Assembly (NCBI GenBank): GCA_002633005.1
Contig: NMRA01000423.1
Span: 60,676 to 124,675, forward strand
Source: Phoronis australis
Taxonomy: Eukaryota > Animalia > Phoronida
DNA: 64,000 bases
Direction of reading: 5' to 3'
In this document: positions 1-13,225 of the stretch, in pieces
How positions within the stretch are numbered: position 1 is the first letter of the stretch
How the letters are laid out: each line of letters opens with the position of its first letter
Notes under the pieces: generated by a model
Seen by the model: only the letters and a program-made list of their open reading frames with translations
What the model was told of the DNA's origin: nothing
Database searches by the model: none
Program-made: the position numbers and the translations under genes

Positions 1-714
1 TATGACACTCTCCCAACACCTGTAAATCTTCGAACGTGGGGCAAAACTGAGGATGACAGCTGCAGGGGCTGTGGCAAGCGGTGTACCTTAGAACACGTTC
101 TATCCAGCTGTAGAGAAGCTCTCACCTCAGGGAAGTACACTTGGCGCCATGATAAGATTCTCAAGTGTATTGCACATGTTTTAGATCTGGAGAGAAGGAA
201 GGCGACTAACTCTGGTAAAGCACTCATTCAATTCAACAAAGGCGGGGTATCCACTAAGAGGCGTGATTCAGGTATTCTAGGAATGGCTGTCGACTGGAAG
301 ATGGTGACGGATGTGGTAACAAGGGGTTCATTCCCAAGCCATATTGCAGTAACCCAGTTACGACCAGACATAGTGTTGTGGGCAGACAGCAAGAAGATAG
401 TGACTTTGATCGAGTTAACGGTGCCGTGGGAGACTAGGGTGCAAGAGGCTCACGAGAGGAAACTACTCAAGTACGCAGAGCTATCGCAGGAATGTGCAGC
501 GAATGGCTGGAAATGCTTCTGTCTCCCCATAGAAGTTGGATGTCGAGGGTTTATTGCTGGGAGCATGTGGCGGATGACGAAGCTACTGGGTATTTCATCA
601 AGAGGGCGAGCTGATATGTTTAAGTCTACTGTAAGAGCAGCGGAGGAAGCAACCGTGTGGCTGTGGTTACAGCGTGAGAACAAATGGCAACCCCAGCGTC
701 GACTGGAGGTCTGA
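1..714 (+). CDS. C-terminal part of a non-LTR retrotransposon ORF (CCHC zinc knuckle + restriction-like endonuclease), HERO/NeSL/R2-group
   Basis: Frame is open from base 1: YDTLPTPVNLRTWG..CRGCGKRCTLEHVLSSC (CCHC), YTWRHDKIL (RHD), LRPDIVLW..IELTVPWE..AHERKLLKY (PD-(D/E)xK RLE), LPIEVGCRGF; stop at 712-714. Confidence 0.93.
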   Translation, partial: YDTLPTPVNLRTWGKTEDDSCRGCGKRCTLEHVLSSCREALTSGKYTWRHDKILKCIAHVLDLERRKATNSGKALIQFNKGGVSTKRRDSGILGMAVDWKMVTDVVTRGSFPSHIAVTQLRPDIVLWADSKKIVTLIELTVPWETRVQEAHERKLLKYAELSQECAANGWKCFCLPIEVGCRGFIAGSMWRMTKLLGISSRGRADMFKSTVRAAEEATVWLWLQRENKWQPQRRLEV

Positions 715-846
715 TCAGCCTTCAGAGACCTACATGTACCATCGGAGAGGGTTCTAGGTCAAGGTCGAAACCCACGATGAAGATGGACTCCTTGCTGACG
801 ACGACGCTGTGTAGCAGATACCACCATGTTTACAAGTAAGTAAGTA
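1..846 (+). mobile_element. 3' end of a HERO-like RLE non-LTR retrotransposon with short 3'UTR and (AAGT)n tail, inserted into the tandem repeat unit
   Basis: RLE ORF, ~120 nt UTR, then tail acAAGTAAGTAAGT directly followed by aaagctttttaattccttcacacag, which in other units (7681, 18584) is preceded by gaacttgggtactta instead. Confidence 0.85.
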
Positions 847-3800
847 AAGCTTTTTAATTCCTTCACACAGACTGTTTAACTAATATGGGACTTTCCGTAT
901 TGGCTATCTAGAATAATGGGAGAAAGAAAGCTACCTCCTTTAGATTTCGACTCAAAAACTCGTTACTACAAAGTAGTTCATCAAATTAACGCGTTCTTAA
1001 AATGGATTTTTGCACTTTCTGAGAGTTTGGACCGTGTAAGTTACTTTTATTACGAAAATCTAAAAAGTCATTTTGGGAAATAAGTGGGGAATTTTGAAGA
1101 AATTACAATTAATGATTTTTGGTTTCCCGCCAAGTGATTTCAGCAGTGGAACACGTTGATTAGCTCGCTGGTTCCCTACGTGCCTAGCTAGCACGCAGTA
1201 GCACGCGCTTTAGTATTGGTTGGTGTAACCTCGGGAGTCATGGGTTAGCTTTACAACAACGTGAAAAATAGCGGACCATGAACGATTTTTAGCTTTGTCA
1301 TGCGAATGGAGTAGCAGCAACTATTCCGCTTCTGTAGTAATTTTTATTAGCCGCGTGCTTAAAGCACATTCATGTACAATAAACACACAGTTGGCCGATT
1401 TAACCGGTATGGTGTTATTCATACTGTATGAATACAGGACAGTGTCGTAAACAAAAGTCATCGACAATAGAAAGATGCACTTCGAAAAGGCGCAACCACA
1501 ATTTCTGGCATTCAGATTTACTGAACATAAATTTTAAGCAGCGACTTGTCTGTACAACAGGCTACATTTACACTTGCTCTACCAGTCATGCCAGTTTGTT
1601 TGCGGAAAGCGTTGCCTGTTGAGAATTTGACCAGCCAATCAGAAAGCCGGTGTAAAAAATGTTCAAGAGGAAAATTAAGTGATACCTGCGTGCTGGATAT
1701 TGGCCACCTAGCGGCACGCAGGGAACCAGCGAGTGTTGATGTGTTGATAGCATGGCGGATAGTAATGATTTTGTAAGTCACGAAGATTTAGAGAGCAAGT
1801 TTGAAGAGTATTATGAAGTACGGTGAGGAGATCGTGGTGAAAACGATACTCGGGCCATAAGTGAAAAAGATAATGAGTTAGGCCGTGCCATATCAGTCAG
1901 CTCTTTGGGTGATTGACGCCGTGCGGACTTGACCCTTTGACACCGGCGTCTTCGGATATTGAAGCCAAGTCGGCGCCGACTCAATCTGCAGAAAATCTTG
2001 ATTTCAGAGCAGACATTTCTGGGAGGTAATTTTGGTTTTTTATTGAATCACGATTTTCTAACCACTTTAACGTCTTTCCTGTTCTAAACTTATGAAAGCT
2101 TTGTACCATTTTTATTTGTTGATTATATCGCTCCTGTGACTAACTCCAGCCTCAGTGCCCACTGTGGTTGTGAACTCAAACTACATGTAGTTGCCTGGCA
2201 TCTACATTCTATTTTCTACTATTGGACATTGGCATATATGTGGATAACGCACATTCTCTCAAAATCCTCGCACACGCACCTCTTCATAATACTCGTCTCA
2301 GGCATTATTGAACTCGTTTCAAAACCACCCCGGCTCACGGGTGGCTCACAATGGCGAACACCGCTCTTCCATTGATGACGTCAGACAAAATGTGTTATTT
2401 TATAATGTTTGCCTTTATTTCTTGATTACAAGTACGCAAAATAAAAAAGAATCACTTAAACTGCTATACTAAAATTGTCTGAAGACGAATTCAGTCATTT
2501 ATGACCGTGGTGTAAACGGCTTAAAGCAGAGAAATAAATCCAATTAGCAACCCCTCCCATGGTTGATTAGGTTAAGTTAGCTAATTTATTTTAGCTTTTT
2601 GAAATCGTCTGGTATCGAAATTTTCCCTCTTAATCAGTCAAAGCTACCGACCGAAAACCATCTCTCGATATTTCTAGATATCATCCCTAATCGCTCTTCT
2701 TCCCAAAAATAGAAAACAACACTTGTCTAGACCAAAACGAACATGATGGAGTTCTGCAAAGGTCATACTAGCCTTTGACATGTCTCGCTGCACAGCCATC
2801 ACATCGCATTAGAATTAATGATTTCTGGTTTCCCGCCAAGAGATGTCATCAACGGAAGACGTTAATGAGCTCGCTGGTTCCCAACGTGCCTAACCAGCAA
2901 GCAGGTGTCACAACATGCCGTGTAGCCGAGGAAACATCGCACGCGCGTATCGGGACGGTTACAATCGTCCAAAGGACAAGTGAATTCATAAAAATCTAGC
3001 CAATGGTGGCAATTTCTGGCGGCTTAGGTTGCTTTGTTTGACTAGATTAGTGCACCCAGAGTTCTGATAGTAGACAGGATCATGGACTTTGTCTAGTGCT
3101 TTCACGACTTAGGCACTCTGCCGTGCAACTGAACCTTCGTCACTAACATTGTCTCGCGATACAGTCTTGATATAATCACAGCCTCAGAGCTCCCAGGGTT
3201 AGCACTGGTATCAATACTCAAACCAGTTCTAGGGCCAAACGTGTTCGAATCAGAAGACATTTGGTCCGCCTTCTTAAGGCAATTAATGAGAATAGCTACT
3301 TTGTAAAGTTCTGAGCACTCACTGTCAGCATACAAGCAAGCATCAATGTCTTGGTTTGTGATGGACATAAGTACGGAAATCTCTGTCGCTGTGATGTACC
3401 GGGACATCAGAAAAATCCAGTTTTTCGCAGACATGCTTTTCAACGTTTCTGGCACACGAAATCAATAGTCATTATAGCGGTCCACACGCAGGTAGGTCGT
3501 TTAAAGATACTGTCTCGGCGCATCCAATGAACACAGGTAATATTTTTCACCTCAAAGAAATTGTAATTGAACATTCATAATAAGCCCCACTTTGTTCAAC
3601 GTGCGTTCTTCACATTTTCTAAATACACTGTATGGGGGATCAACCAAGAAAACGTGGGGGCAATTGAAAGTAGAACTTTAATAAAGTTCTTCAGTTACAC
3701 CAATTACACGCATTGCAATTGAAGATGCATTTTACTCCCTAAAATTCCGAGAAAGCAGCATCCACCATGTTTCTCAGGAAGAAAAAATGCACATTTGGGC

Positions 3801-4272
3801 TCAGATTTTTTAAGAAGTATTGAATTATAAATTAGAAATGCTGCAATATTAGATAGTTTCCGAAAGACTTAAACTTTATGACTGCGGATTACGTTTTCAC
3901 TTCATCAATATGGTGAACCCTGCATACAATTGCAAACTTCAATAAGCCGTGCAACGTTCTCTAAGATTTCAGAAGGGGTTAGGCAATGGATTGTAACTTT
4001 ATTAATCCAGACCCACGAACCTTTCTTCAATAAATAAATAAAGCTGTTTATTAGAAATGGATACCTATGCAGACATTCTAAACTTGGAATTCACCCTGAT
4101 TGCCATCCAAAGCTACTGATAGTGTTGTCTATACAACAAGCAACACTGTCGTGTAGTTGCAAACATACAAGGTACATGAACGTGTAAATCAGCAGTCAAC
4201 AATTTACTAAAAACCTAAATCTATCTTATTTAAATTCATCGATTTTTAACAAGATGTTGGATAAAAACTAAC

Positions 4273-4443
4273 CAGGGCATCTCCTGCTATTACAGTTTTG
4301 ATTTTTCGAGCCACTTCCGGAACACGAAGTGCCGCCATAAGTAGGTGAAGGATTGGTACACGTCCTTGTCGCCGTCTGCGACCCGCCTCCGCAACTTGCA
4401 GTACAAGGTCCCCATCTACTCCAGGCTGACCAGCCACCATTCA
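4273..4443 (-). CDS. TSR (thrombospondin type-1) exon, array copy A, 171 nt, phase 1-1
   Basis: ttacag|TG AAT GGT GGC TGG ... TGC CCT G|gttagt; encodes [57 protein letters not shown] (WxxWxxW, CxxSCG, 6 Cys). Confidence 0.9.
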
Positions 4444-5219
4444 CTGTAAGTATAACGTGTTCATTAATGATTAAACAAAACAAGGCAAACGCATGTAAAC
4501 ATATCGTAACATGAAGGTTTGATGTAAAGTACGTGTAAGCATTGTTGATTTGATTGCCCCAAATCCATGTTGTTTAGAACGAATTTGCTGGATTTCCCTT
4601 GTGTATAAGCAATTCCAAAATCAGTTGATTGTTAATGATTTTGGTTACTTTGTGATGCCTGTTTAGTAAGTACGTTGATTCGCACGAGTTTTTGGACAAA
4701 GAAACGGCAAAGTAATTATGCATTGCCTCAGACTGAGTTCAAAAACTTTTGAACAACTGACATTTCAGCAGCCAAAAAATGAGGGCTTGAGGAATTTTAA
4801 ACAAAGTGTTGATCACTGGTATATCCAGTTTGTGAGGGTATCAGTTTGAGACCACAATTTTACGAATATACAATAAGAATATACACGTATATTTCAAAAC
4901 AATTTCTAGAAAAGCACATCTGCATGGCACAACTATGAAGGTTATCACCTGGGTTAGTGCCCTACACGTGAGAAGGGGAGGAGAGAGTGAGAGGGAGAGG
5001 GAGAGAGAGGGGTTGGTAGGGAGGGGGAGGTGTGGAGAGGGGAGAGCGAAGGAGAAATATGACTGCCAGAACCCTGTAATGTGCAATCACAGTGATTCTT
5101 TTGGAAGGATTCCAAATAAAACCCGCTTCACTTTCCACTCAATAGCACGTCACAATACATGACGCTGTGTCCGGTATGAGTTTATGGTCGACCCGGATCA
5201 TGAACACAAGCGGTACAAT

Positions 5220-7610
5220 GGGGCTATTCGGAAAATTTACATTAACTAGAATGCGTGCGTGTACTAGTTAATGTGATAGATTAACAGCCTCGATTTCGTG
5301 AGCCCTTTAAAGACATGGTAAAATGGCTTGTAGGCGTGTCAACTGAATCCGAGTTTGCGTGAAAAGGTGCTTCTATGAGAGAAAGTAAGCACGACCTTAT
5401 GTAAAGGTAAGGTTTGTGATTATTTTAACGATTATTCCATGTTTATTCTGCCTGTTAACTGAGATACTCACCGATGTCGACTTCACGGCAGTCGCCAGTC
5501 GGGTTAATCTTAATTTGTTGTGATGCGTGTTACGATACTTGACGTAGCACTCGGGATTTCTAACAGATTGATCAGTGACAATAACATCAATGAATGCTGA
5601 ATGTTTAACTCGATATTGGTTAAAGAGTTAAAGAGTACAATCCAAGCCCAATGCCATGGCAAAGGGTACGTGACAAATATTCATTAGACTATTTATTTAC
5701 TCCCATCCTATGTCTTCCGGAGATCTATTACACGTTGAAATGAAAATCTATCATGTCTGTTTTCAAGTGACCTTTGGTTTTTAGGTTTGAGGGCTTGTAC
5801 CGTGCATCGAGGAGATATGCATCGCTTCTGCATCGACACTGAATGGACAAAAATTGGTTTTAAGCAGTTGACTGAAGTTAACAAGCTTTGTTACTCCTTT
5901 CTCTTCCCACAGCATTTCCACACACCAGTAATGCTGCACGGCAAAATGTACATATCAGTGACCCTGGTGAAATGTGAATCGCAGTACGAAGTTACCATAA
6001 GACAACGTGCCAGTGGATTGTTTGGGTATGAAGAGGAACTATTTCTGACTGCTACTGAAGTTAGCCTCGTTGGTGAGGATGCACTTTCATAGGCAATAGC
6101 TTATTTCCTTTCCTGGAAGAAACATGCTGGGTTGAAGCTAAAGAAGACGTAGTGACACTCTGGTCTAGTTCAGGGTCAGATTTTGGGCACAAAACCAGTC
6201 AAGTGACATGCTGTTGTGTTTACCTTCAAGGATCTAATTGAGGCTGAATGAGGTTATCTGGAAGAAAGCCACGTGCGGAAACTGGACCTTTTTCACAAGC
6301 GCTTCTATAGGCTATTGAAACTAGCTCTCTGTGAAACGAAAACCAAAAGCATCTGGTATAAATGTCTGTCCTTTCTCACTGAGTGACATTAACTTTTCCG
6401 TTCAGAAGAAAGGCTGTATACTAATGGTAAAAACTTTTCAATTTGGTACACATTACGGGTAAATGACATTCAGTGACTGTGTCGATTGTCTCATTGTCAG
6501 TAGAAAGCCCGTTAATGTTACACTTTGATGATCGAATAAATTTTTGTTCAACAGGCAAGTTTGTCACTTATTATTGAAACCACAATATTTCCTCAGTTTT
6601 AAAGCCCTATACAGTGCAGTTGTGCTTATTCTTTATAAAGCCGAAATGATTAGCAATTACGCTTGCGAATTGTCATTTTTCTGTTGACCGCTAGAAATAT
6701 GCAGCTACCAAAATAAAGTATTCCCTTTGTTTGCATTTGATTTGTTTGTGTGTGTAATTATTTTTAGAGCTTGTCCACAACAAAAATTCCACATGCAAGA
6801 AAACTATATGTATATAAAGAAACAACATTATTAAAAACAATTGTAATTTTCCCACGCAATGGAGTTCATAATCAGGCATATCAATTAGGTTCAACTCTCT
6901 CAGGTTATTGCTGAAGGATTGCTTTTTACTTTGTCCAAAGGTAAAATAGACGGTCAGGCGGCTGGTTTCAGTCGTTTTCACTCACCTGTAACAGAATAGT
7001 CAGAAAAATATTAGCAAATTATAAAAGAAAACACAAGACAAAATTACTTTAGTAAGGCAGAACATACTCGACGTTTAATCTTTATGTTTATAAGTAGAAA
7101 CTAATAATCTTTGTACCCAAGTCTTATTTAAGATCTGAATTAAACGATGTGAAACAGGCTGAAAGTGATTTAATAATGTGTATTTTTCACGACACCTAAA
7201 ATTTTTAAAGAAAATGGAATCTGAGTGACGATGAAAAAACAGAAGCTGCTGGTAAGATGTCAATTTTAACCGAACGATGTCGATAGAAACTTGATTGCTA
7301 AAAACTTACCAAGTAACGTTATGTAGTCTCCCAATGTAGCTTCGGCATCCGCACACTTTTTGTCGGTTGGTTGACGCTTTTGAGCGCAATTCTCCACGAA
7401 TGTAGTAACCTTAGGTCTTTTGGTATTTAGTGATCACCCGTCGAAGACTTGCACCACGGAAAATAGCAATAATAAGGCTATGCGCGACGACGTACTTTGA
7501 TAACAATCCGTCCTTTTACCAGCGGTTTACATGCAGACAGCGACGCATGCGCAATTCAATCACCACTATTGCAGCAGCGACACCGCGAGGAGAATTCTCC
7601 GAATAGCCCC
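5220..7610. mobile_element. Non-autonomous TIR DNA transposon, PIF-like/ISL2EU-type (AT target-site duplication)
   Basis: TIRs GGGGCTATTCGGAAAATT / AATTCTCCGAATAGCCCC (17/18 match), flanked by AT on both sides. The empty site tacaattag is visible in sister units (e.g. ~14014). Confidence 0.85.
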
Positions 7611-8132
7611 ATTAGACCATCTATCACGATCCACTTCACTCATCGGTGCCTATGGAAGACAAAGAACTTGGGTACTTACAAAGCTTTTTAATTCCTTCAC
7701 ACAGACTATTTAACTAATATGGCACTTTCCGTGTTGACTCTCTAGAATAATGGGAGCCAGAAAGCTACCTCCTTTAGATTTCGACTCAAAAACTCGTTAC
7801 TAGAAAGCAGTTCATTAATTTAACGCGTTTTTAAAATGAATTTTTGCGCTTTCTGAGAGCTTGGACCGTGTAACTTACTTTTATTACGAAAATCTAAAAA
7901 GTTATTTTGGGAAATAAGTGAGGAATCTAAAGAAATTATACTCAATGATTTTTGGTTACCCGCCTAGTGATTTCATCAGTGGAAGATGTTGTTGAGCTCG
8001 GTGGTTCCCTACGTGCCTAGCCAGCCCGTAGGTATCATGCAGTAGCACGCGCTTTGGCATTGGTTGGTGTAATTTCGGCAGTTATTGATTAGCTTTACAA
8101 AACGTGAAAAAATGGCGGACTATGGACGATTT

Positions 8133-10091
8133 TTATGCGCCCAAATATTCATATGTGGACGCATTATGCTGTCATCTCCGTCCGTCCGTCCGTCCGTCCG
8201 GGCGGCGTCCGGCGTCCGCTGCTCTATCTCCAAAACCCTTTGACATACGTTCATGAAATTTGGCACATATGTTCTATTCATGAATGGGACGGCAGGTGCG
8301 AACTTTCGGACGGATCCGACTACCGGTGTGCCCCCTAGTGGCAATTTTAGTTTTTTACGCTTACCTTTGTATCTTCAAAAGTCCTGAACGGATTTTCATG
8401 AAATTTGGCATGTAGGCACCTATTAGTGAGGTGACGCTATCTTCCCATTTTCAGATGGATTCGACGTAGTTTACGCCACCTAGTGGCCATTTTTAGTGTT
8501 TTCGAGTCTGTTTTTGTTCGTCCACCCCTCTATCAACCAAACCGCTCAAAGGATGATTGTGAAAATTGGCATGTATATTCTTACTATGTAGAGGACGGTT
8601 GACGATGATTTTGCGACGATTTCGACTACTGTGGCGCCTCCTAGTGGCAGTTGTTTTTTTNNNNNNNNNNNNNNNNNNNNNNNNNNNNNNNNNNNNNNNN
8701 NNNNNNNNNNNNNNNNNNNNNNNNNNNNNNNNNNNNNNNNNNNNNNNNNNNNNNNNNNNNNNNNNNNNNNNNNNNNNNNNNNNNNNNNNNNNNNNNNNNN
8801 NNNNNNNNNNNNNNNNNNNNNNNNNNNNNNNNNNNNNNNNNNNNNNNNNNNNNNNNNNNNNNNNNNNNNNNNNNNNNNNNNNNNNNNNNNNNNNNNNNNN
8901 NNNNNNNNNNNNNNNNNNNNNNNNNNNNNNNNNNNNNNNNNNNNNNNNNNNNNNNNNNNNNNNNNNNNNNNNNNNNNNNNNNNNNNNNNNNNNNNNNNNN
9001 NNNNNNNNNNNNNNNNNNNNNNNNNNNNNNNNNNNNNNNNNNNNNNNNNNNNNNNNNNNNNNNNNNNNNNNNNNNNNNNNNNNNNNNNNNNNNNNNNNNN
9101 NNNNNNNNNNNNNNNNNNNNNNNNNNNNNNNNNNNNNNNNNNNNNNNNNNNNNNNNNNNNNNNNNNNNNNNNNNNNNNNNNNNNNNNNNNNNNNNNNNNN
9201 NNNNNNNNNNNNNNNNNNNNNNNNNNNNNNNNNNNNNNNNNNNNNNNNNNNNNNNNNNNNNNNNNNNNNNNNNNNNNNNNNNNNNNNNNNNNNNNNNNNN
9301 NNNNNNNNNNNNNNNNNNNNNNNNNNNNNNNNNNNNNNNNNNNNNNNNNNNNNNNNNNNNNNNNNNNNNNNNNNNNNNNNNNNNNNNNNNNNNNNNNNNN
9401 NNNNNNNNNNNNNNNNNNNNNNNNNNNNNNNNCGTCCACCCCTCTATCAACCAAACCACTCTAAGTATGATTGTGAAAATTGGCATGTATGTTCTTACTA
9501 TGAAGAGGACGGTTGACGCTGAATTTCCCATGACTTTGATTACTGTGGTGCCTCCTAGTGGCAGTTTTTTTGCCCCATGGCTGTATCTCCCAAACCGTTT
9601 GCAGGATCTTTACTAAATTTAGCAAGTGTATTTGTGTGATGTTGACAACGGACGATGACGACTTTAGGATGATTCTGACTACCGGTATGGCTCTAGTGGC
9701 AATTTAAGTATTTTACATTGACCTCTGTATTTTCATAGGTCTTCAGGTGTATACTTTATGTTACTTCGTGACTATGAAGGAAAAGTTCCAAGCAGAAATT
9801 TGTTTCTGGCATTCTAATGCTGTGCTAATCTCGTATGTTGGTGAATTTGTTTCTATGTTTCTGTGGTGCTTTAAGCAACTGATGTATAGGATGTGCTTGT
9901 ATTATGAAGATCACTCACATTTTGTCCCTAGCCTATTGAGGAGACAATGACCATGCCTTTCCATTTTGCAAAGTACGACGTACTACATATATGCCCTCTA
10001 CTGCCCACTTTATGGTACCAATAAACAACCCTAGAAGGATACCGTATACGGTGCAATTGTGGGCGCATTTCAACGCTCTGCGTTGCTCTTG
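8133..10091 (+). mobile_element. HINE / DINE-1-like non-autonomous Helentron with internal tandem repeats
   Basis: Sub-terminal IRs ATGCGCCCA (8135-8143) / TGGGCGCAT (10060-10068); 5' partner IR tggacgcat; (GTCC)n microsatellite ~8177-8200; ~140-160 bp central repeats with cctagtggc; 3' hairpin CAACGC-tct-GCGTTG (10071-10085). Inserted in a T-run without TSD (empty site gatttttagcc at ~14548). Confidence 0.85.
8661..9431. other. Assembly gap (N run) inside the HINE central repeats
   Basis: 771 consecutive N. Confidence 1.
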
Positions 10092-13054
10092 TTAGCCTTG
10101 TCGTGCAAGTGGCGTAGCACCAACTTTTTCGTTTCGGCGATAATCTTTATTAGCCGCGTGCTAGAAGCCCATTCATGTACAATAAACACTCATCTGGCCG
10201 ATTTAACCGGTGCGGTGTTATTCACACTTAATGAATACAGGACAGTATAGTAAACAAAAGTCATCGACAGTAGAAAGATGCACTTCCAAAAGGCGCAACC
10301 ACAATTTCTGGCATTCATACTTACTGAACATAAATTTTAAGCAGCGAATTGTCTGTACAACAGACCACATTTATTTTACACTTGCTCTATCAGTCATGAC
10401 AGTTTGTTTGCGTAAAGCGCTGCCTGTTGAGACTTTGACCAGCCAATCAGAAAGGCCGGTTTAAAAAATTTTCCAGAGGTAAATTAGTGATACTTGCGTG
10501 CTGGATCCCGACAACATAGCAACACGCAGGGAACCACCGAGTGTTGATGAGTTGATTACATGGCGAACAGTAATGATTTTGTAAGTCACGAAGATTTAGA
10601 GAGCAAGTTTGAAGAGTAATATGAAGTAAGCTGAGGAGATGGCGGTGAAAACGATACTCGGGCCATAAGTGAAACCGATAATGAGATAGACCGTGTCATA
10701 TAAGTCGGCACTTTGGGTGTTTGAGGCCGTACGGACTCGACCCTTTGGCACCGGCGTCTTCGAAGATTGAAGCCAAGTCGGCGCCGACTCAATCTGCGGA
10801 AAATCTTGATTTCAGAGCAGACATTTCTGGGTGGAAATTCTGGTTTTTTATTGAATTACGGTCCAATTTTCTAACCACTTTAACGTCTTTCCTGTTCTAA
10901 AATTATGAAAGCTTTGTACCATTTTTATTTGTCGATTATTTCGCTCCTGTGACCTACTCCAGCCTCAGTGCCCGCTGTGGTTGTGAACTCAAACTACATG
11001 TAGATGCTTGGCATCTACATTCTATTATGTACTATTGGATGTTGGCATATATGTGGATAACGCACATTCCCACAAAATCCTCTCACACACGCCTCTTCAT
11101 TGTACTCGTTTCAGGCATTATTCAACTCGTTTCAAAACGACCCCGGCTCACGAGTGGCTCACAATGGCGAACACCGGTCTTCCATTGATGACGTCAGACA
11201 AAATGTGTTATTTTATAATTTTTGCCGTTATTTCTTGATTACAAGTACACAACATGAAAAAGAATCACTTAAACGGCTATATCAAAATTGTTTGAAGATG
11301 AATTCAATCATTTATGACCGTGGTGTAAACGGCTTAAAACAGAGAAATAAATCCCATTAGCAATCCCTCCCATGGTTGCTTAGGCTAAATTAGCTAATTT
11401 ATTTTAGCTTTTTGAAATCGTCTGGTATCGAAATTCTCCCTCTTAATCAGGCAAAGCTACCGACCGAAAACCATCTCTCGATATTTCTAGATATCATCCC
11501 TAATCGCTCTTCTTCCCAAAAATAGAAAACAACACTTGTCTAGACCAAAACGAACATGATGGAGTTATGCAAAGGTTATACTAGCCTTTGACATGTCTCG
11601 CTGCACAGCCATCACATCGCATTAGAATTAATGATTTCTGGTTTCCCGCCAAGAGATGTCATCAGCGGAAGACGTTGATGAGCTCGCTGGTTCCCAACGT
11701 GCCTAACCAGCACGCAGGTATCACAACATGCCGTGTGGCCGAGGAAACATCGCATGCGCGTAGTGGGACGGTTACAATCGTCCGAAGGACAAGTGAATTC
11801 ATAAAAATCTAACCAATGGTGGCAATATCTGGCGGCTTAGGTTGCTTTGTTTGACTAGATTAGTGCACCCAGAGTTCTTATAGTAGACAGGATCATGGAC
11901 TTTGTCTACTGCTTTCACGACTTAGGCACTCTGCCGTGCAACCAAATTTTCGTCACTAACATAGTCTCTCGAAACAGTCTTTATATAATCACAGTCTCAG
12001 AGCTCCCAGAGTTAGAACTGGAATCAATACTCAAATCAGTTCTAGGGACAAACGTGTTCCAATCAGAAGACATTTGTTCTACCTGCTTTAGGCAATTAAG
12101 GAGAATAGCTACTTTGTAAAGTTCTGAGCACTCACTGTCAGCATACAACCAAGAATCAATGTCTTGGTTTGTGATGGACATAAGGACAACAGAAAACTGC
12201 AGTTTTTCGCAGACATGCTTTTCGACGTTTCTGGCACACGAGTTCAATAGTCATTACAGCGGTGGACACGCAGGTAGGTCGTTTAATGCTACTGCCTCGG
12301 CGCAGCCAATGAACACACGTAATAATTTTCACCTCAAATAAGTTGTCATTGAACATTCATAAAAAGCCCCACTATGTTCGACGTGCATTCTTCACTTTCT
12401 CTATATACACTGTATGGAGGATCAACCAAGAAACTGTGGGAGCAAATGAACGTAGAACTTTAACAAAATTCTTCAGTTACACCAATTACACGCATTGCAA
12501 TTGGTGATGCATTTTACTCCCTAAATTTCCGAGAAAGCAGCCTCCACCATGTTTCTCAGGAAGAAAAAATGCACATTTGGGCTCAGAATTTTTAAGAAGT
12601 ATTAAACTATTAATTAAAAACGCTGGAACATTAGATGGCTTCCAAAAGCTTTCGACTTGAGGACTGCGTATTACGTTTTCACTTCATCAATATGGCGAAC
12701 CCTGCATACAATCGCAAACTTCAATAAGCCGTGTAACGTTCTCTAAATTTTCAGAAGGGGTTAGGTAATGGATTGTAACTTTATCAATCCAAACCCAGGA
12801 ACCTATCTTCAATAAAAAAATATAGCTGAGCATTAGGAATGGATACCTATGCAGACATTCGAAACATGGAATTCACCCTTATTGTCATCCAAACCTACTG
12901 ATAATGTTGTGTATACAAGAAGCAACACTGTCGTGTAGTTCCAAACATGCAAGGTACATGAACGTGTAAATCAGCAGTCAACAATTTACTAAAAACCTGA
13001 ATCTATCTTATTTAAATTCATCGATTTTTAACAAGACGTTGGATAAAAACTAAC

Positions 13055-13225
13055 CTGGGCATCTCCTGCTATTACAGTTTTGATTTTTCGAGCCACTTCC
13101 GGAACACGAAGTGCCGCCATAAGCAGGTGAAGGATTGGTACATGTCCTTGTCGCCCTCTGTGACCCGCCTCCGCAACTTGCTGTACAAGGTCCCCATCTA
13201 CTCCAGGCTGACCAGGCACCATTCA
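13055..13225 (-). CDS. TSR exon, array copy B, 171 nt, phase 1-1
   Basis: Canonical cag|...|gttagt; encodes [57 protein letters not shown]. Confidence 0.9.

Noticed and set aside
745-805. GAAAC and CTGACGA boxes in the retroelement 3'UTR resembling a hammerhead ribozyme core
   Set aside because: The order and pairing do not build stems I-III around a cleavage triplet; only a simple hairpin is supported.
8546-9616. Long ORFs of 277-321 aa in the ORF track
   Set aside because: Artefacts of translating the N gap.
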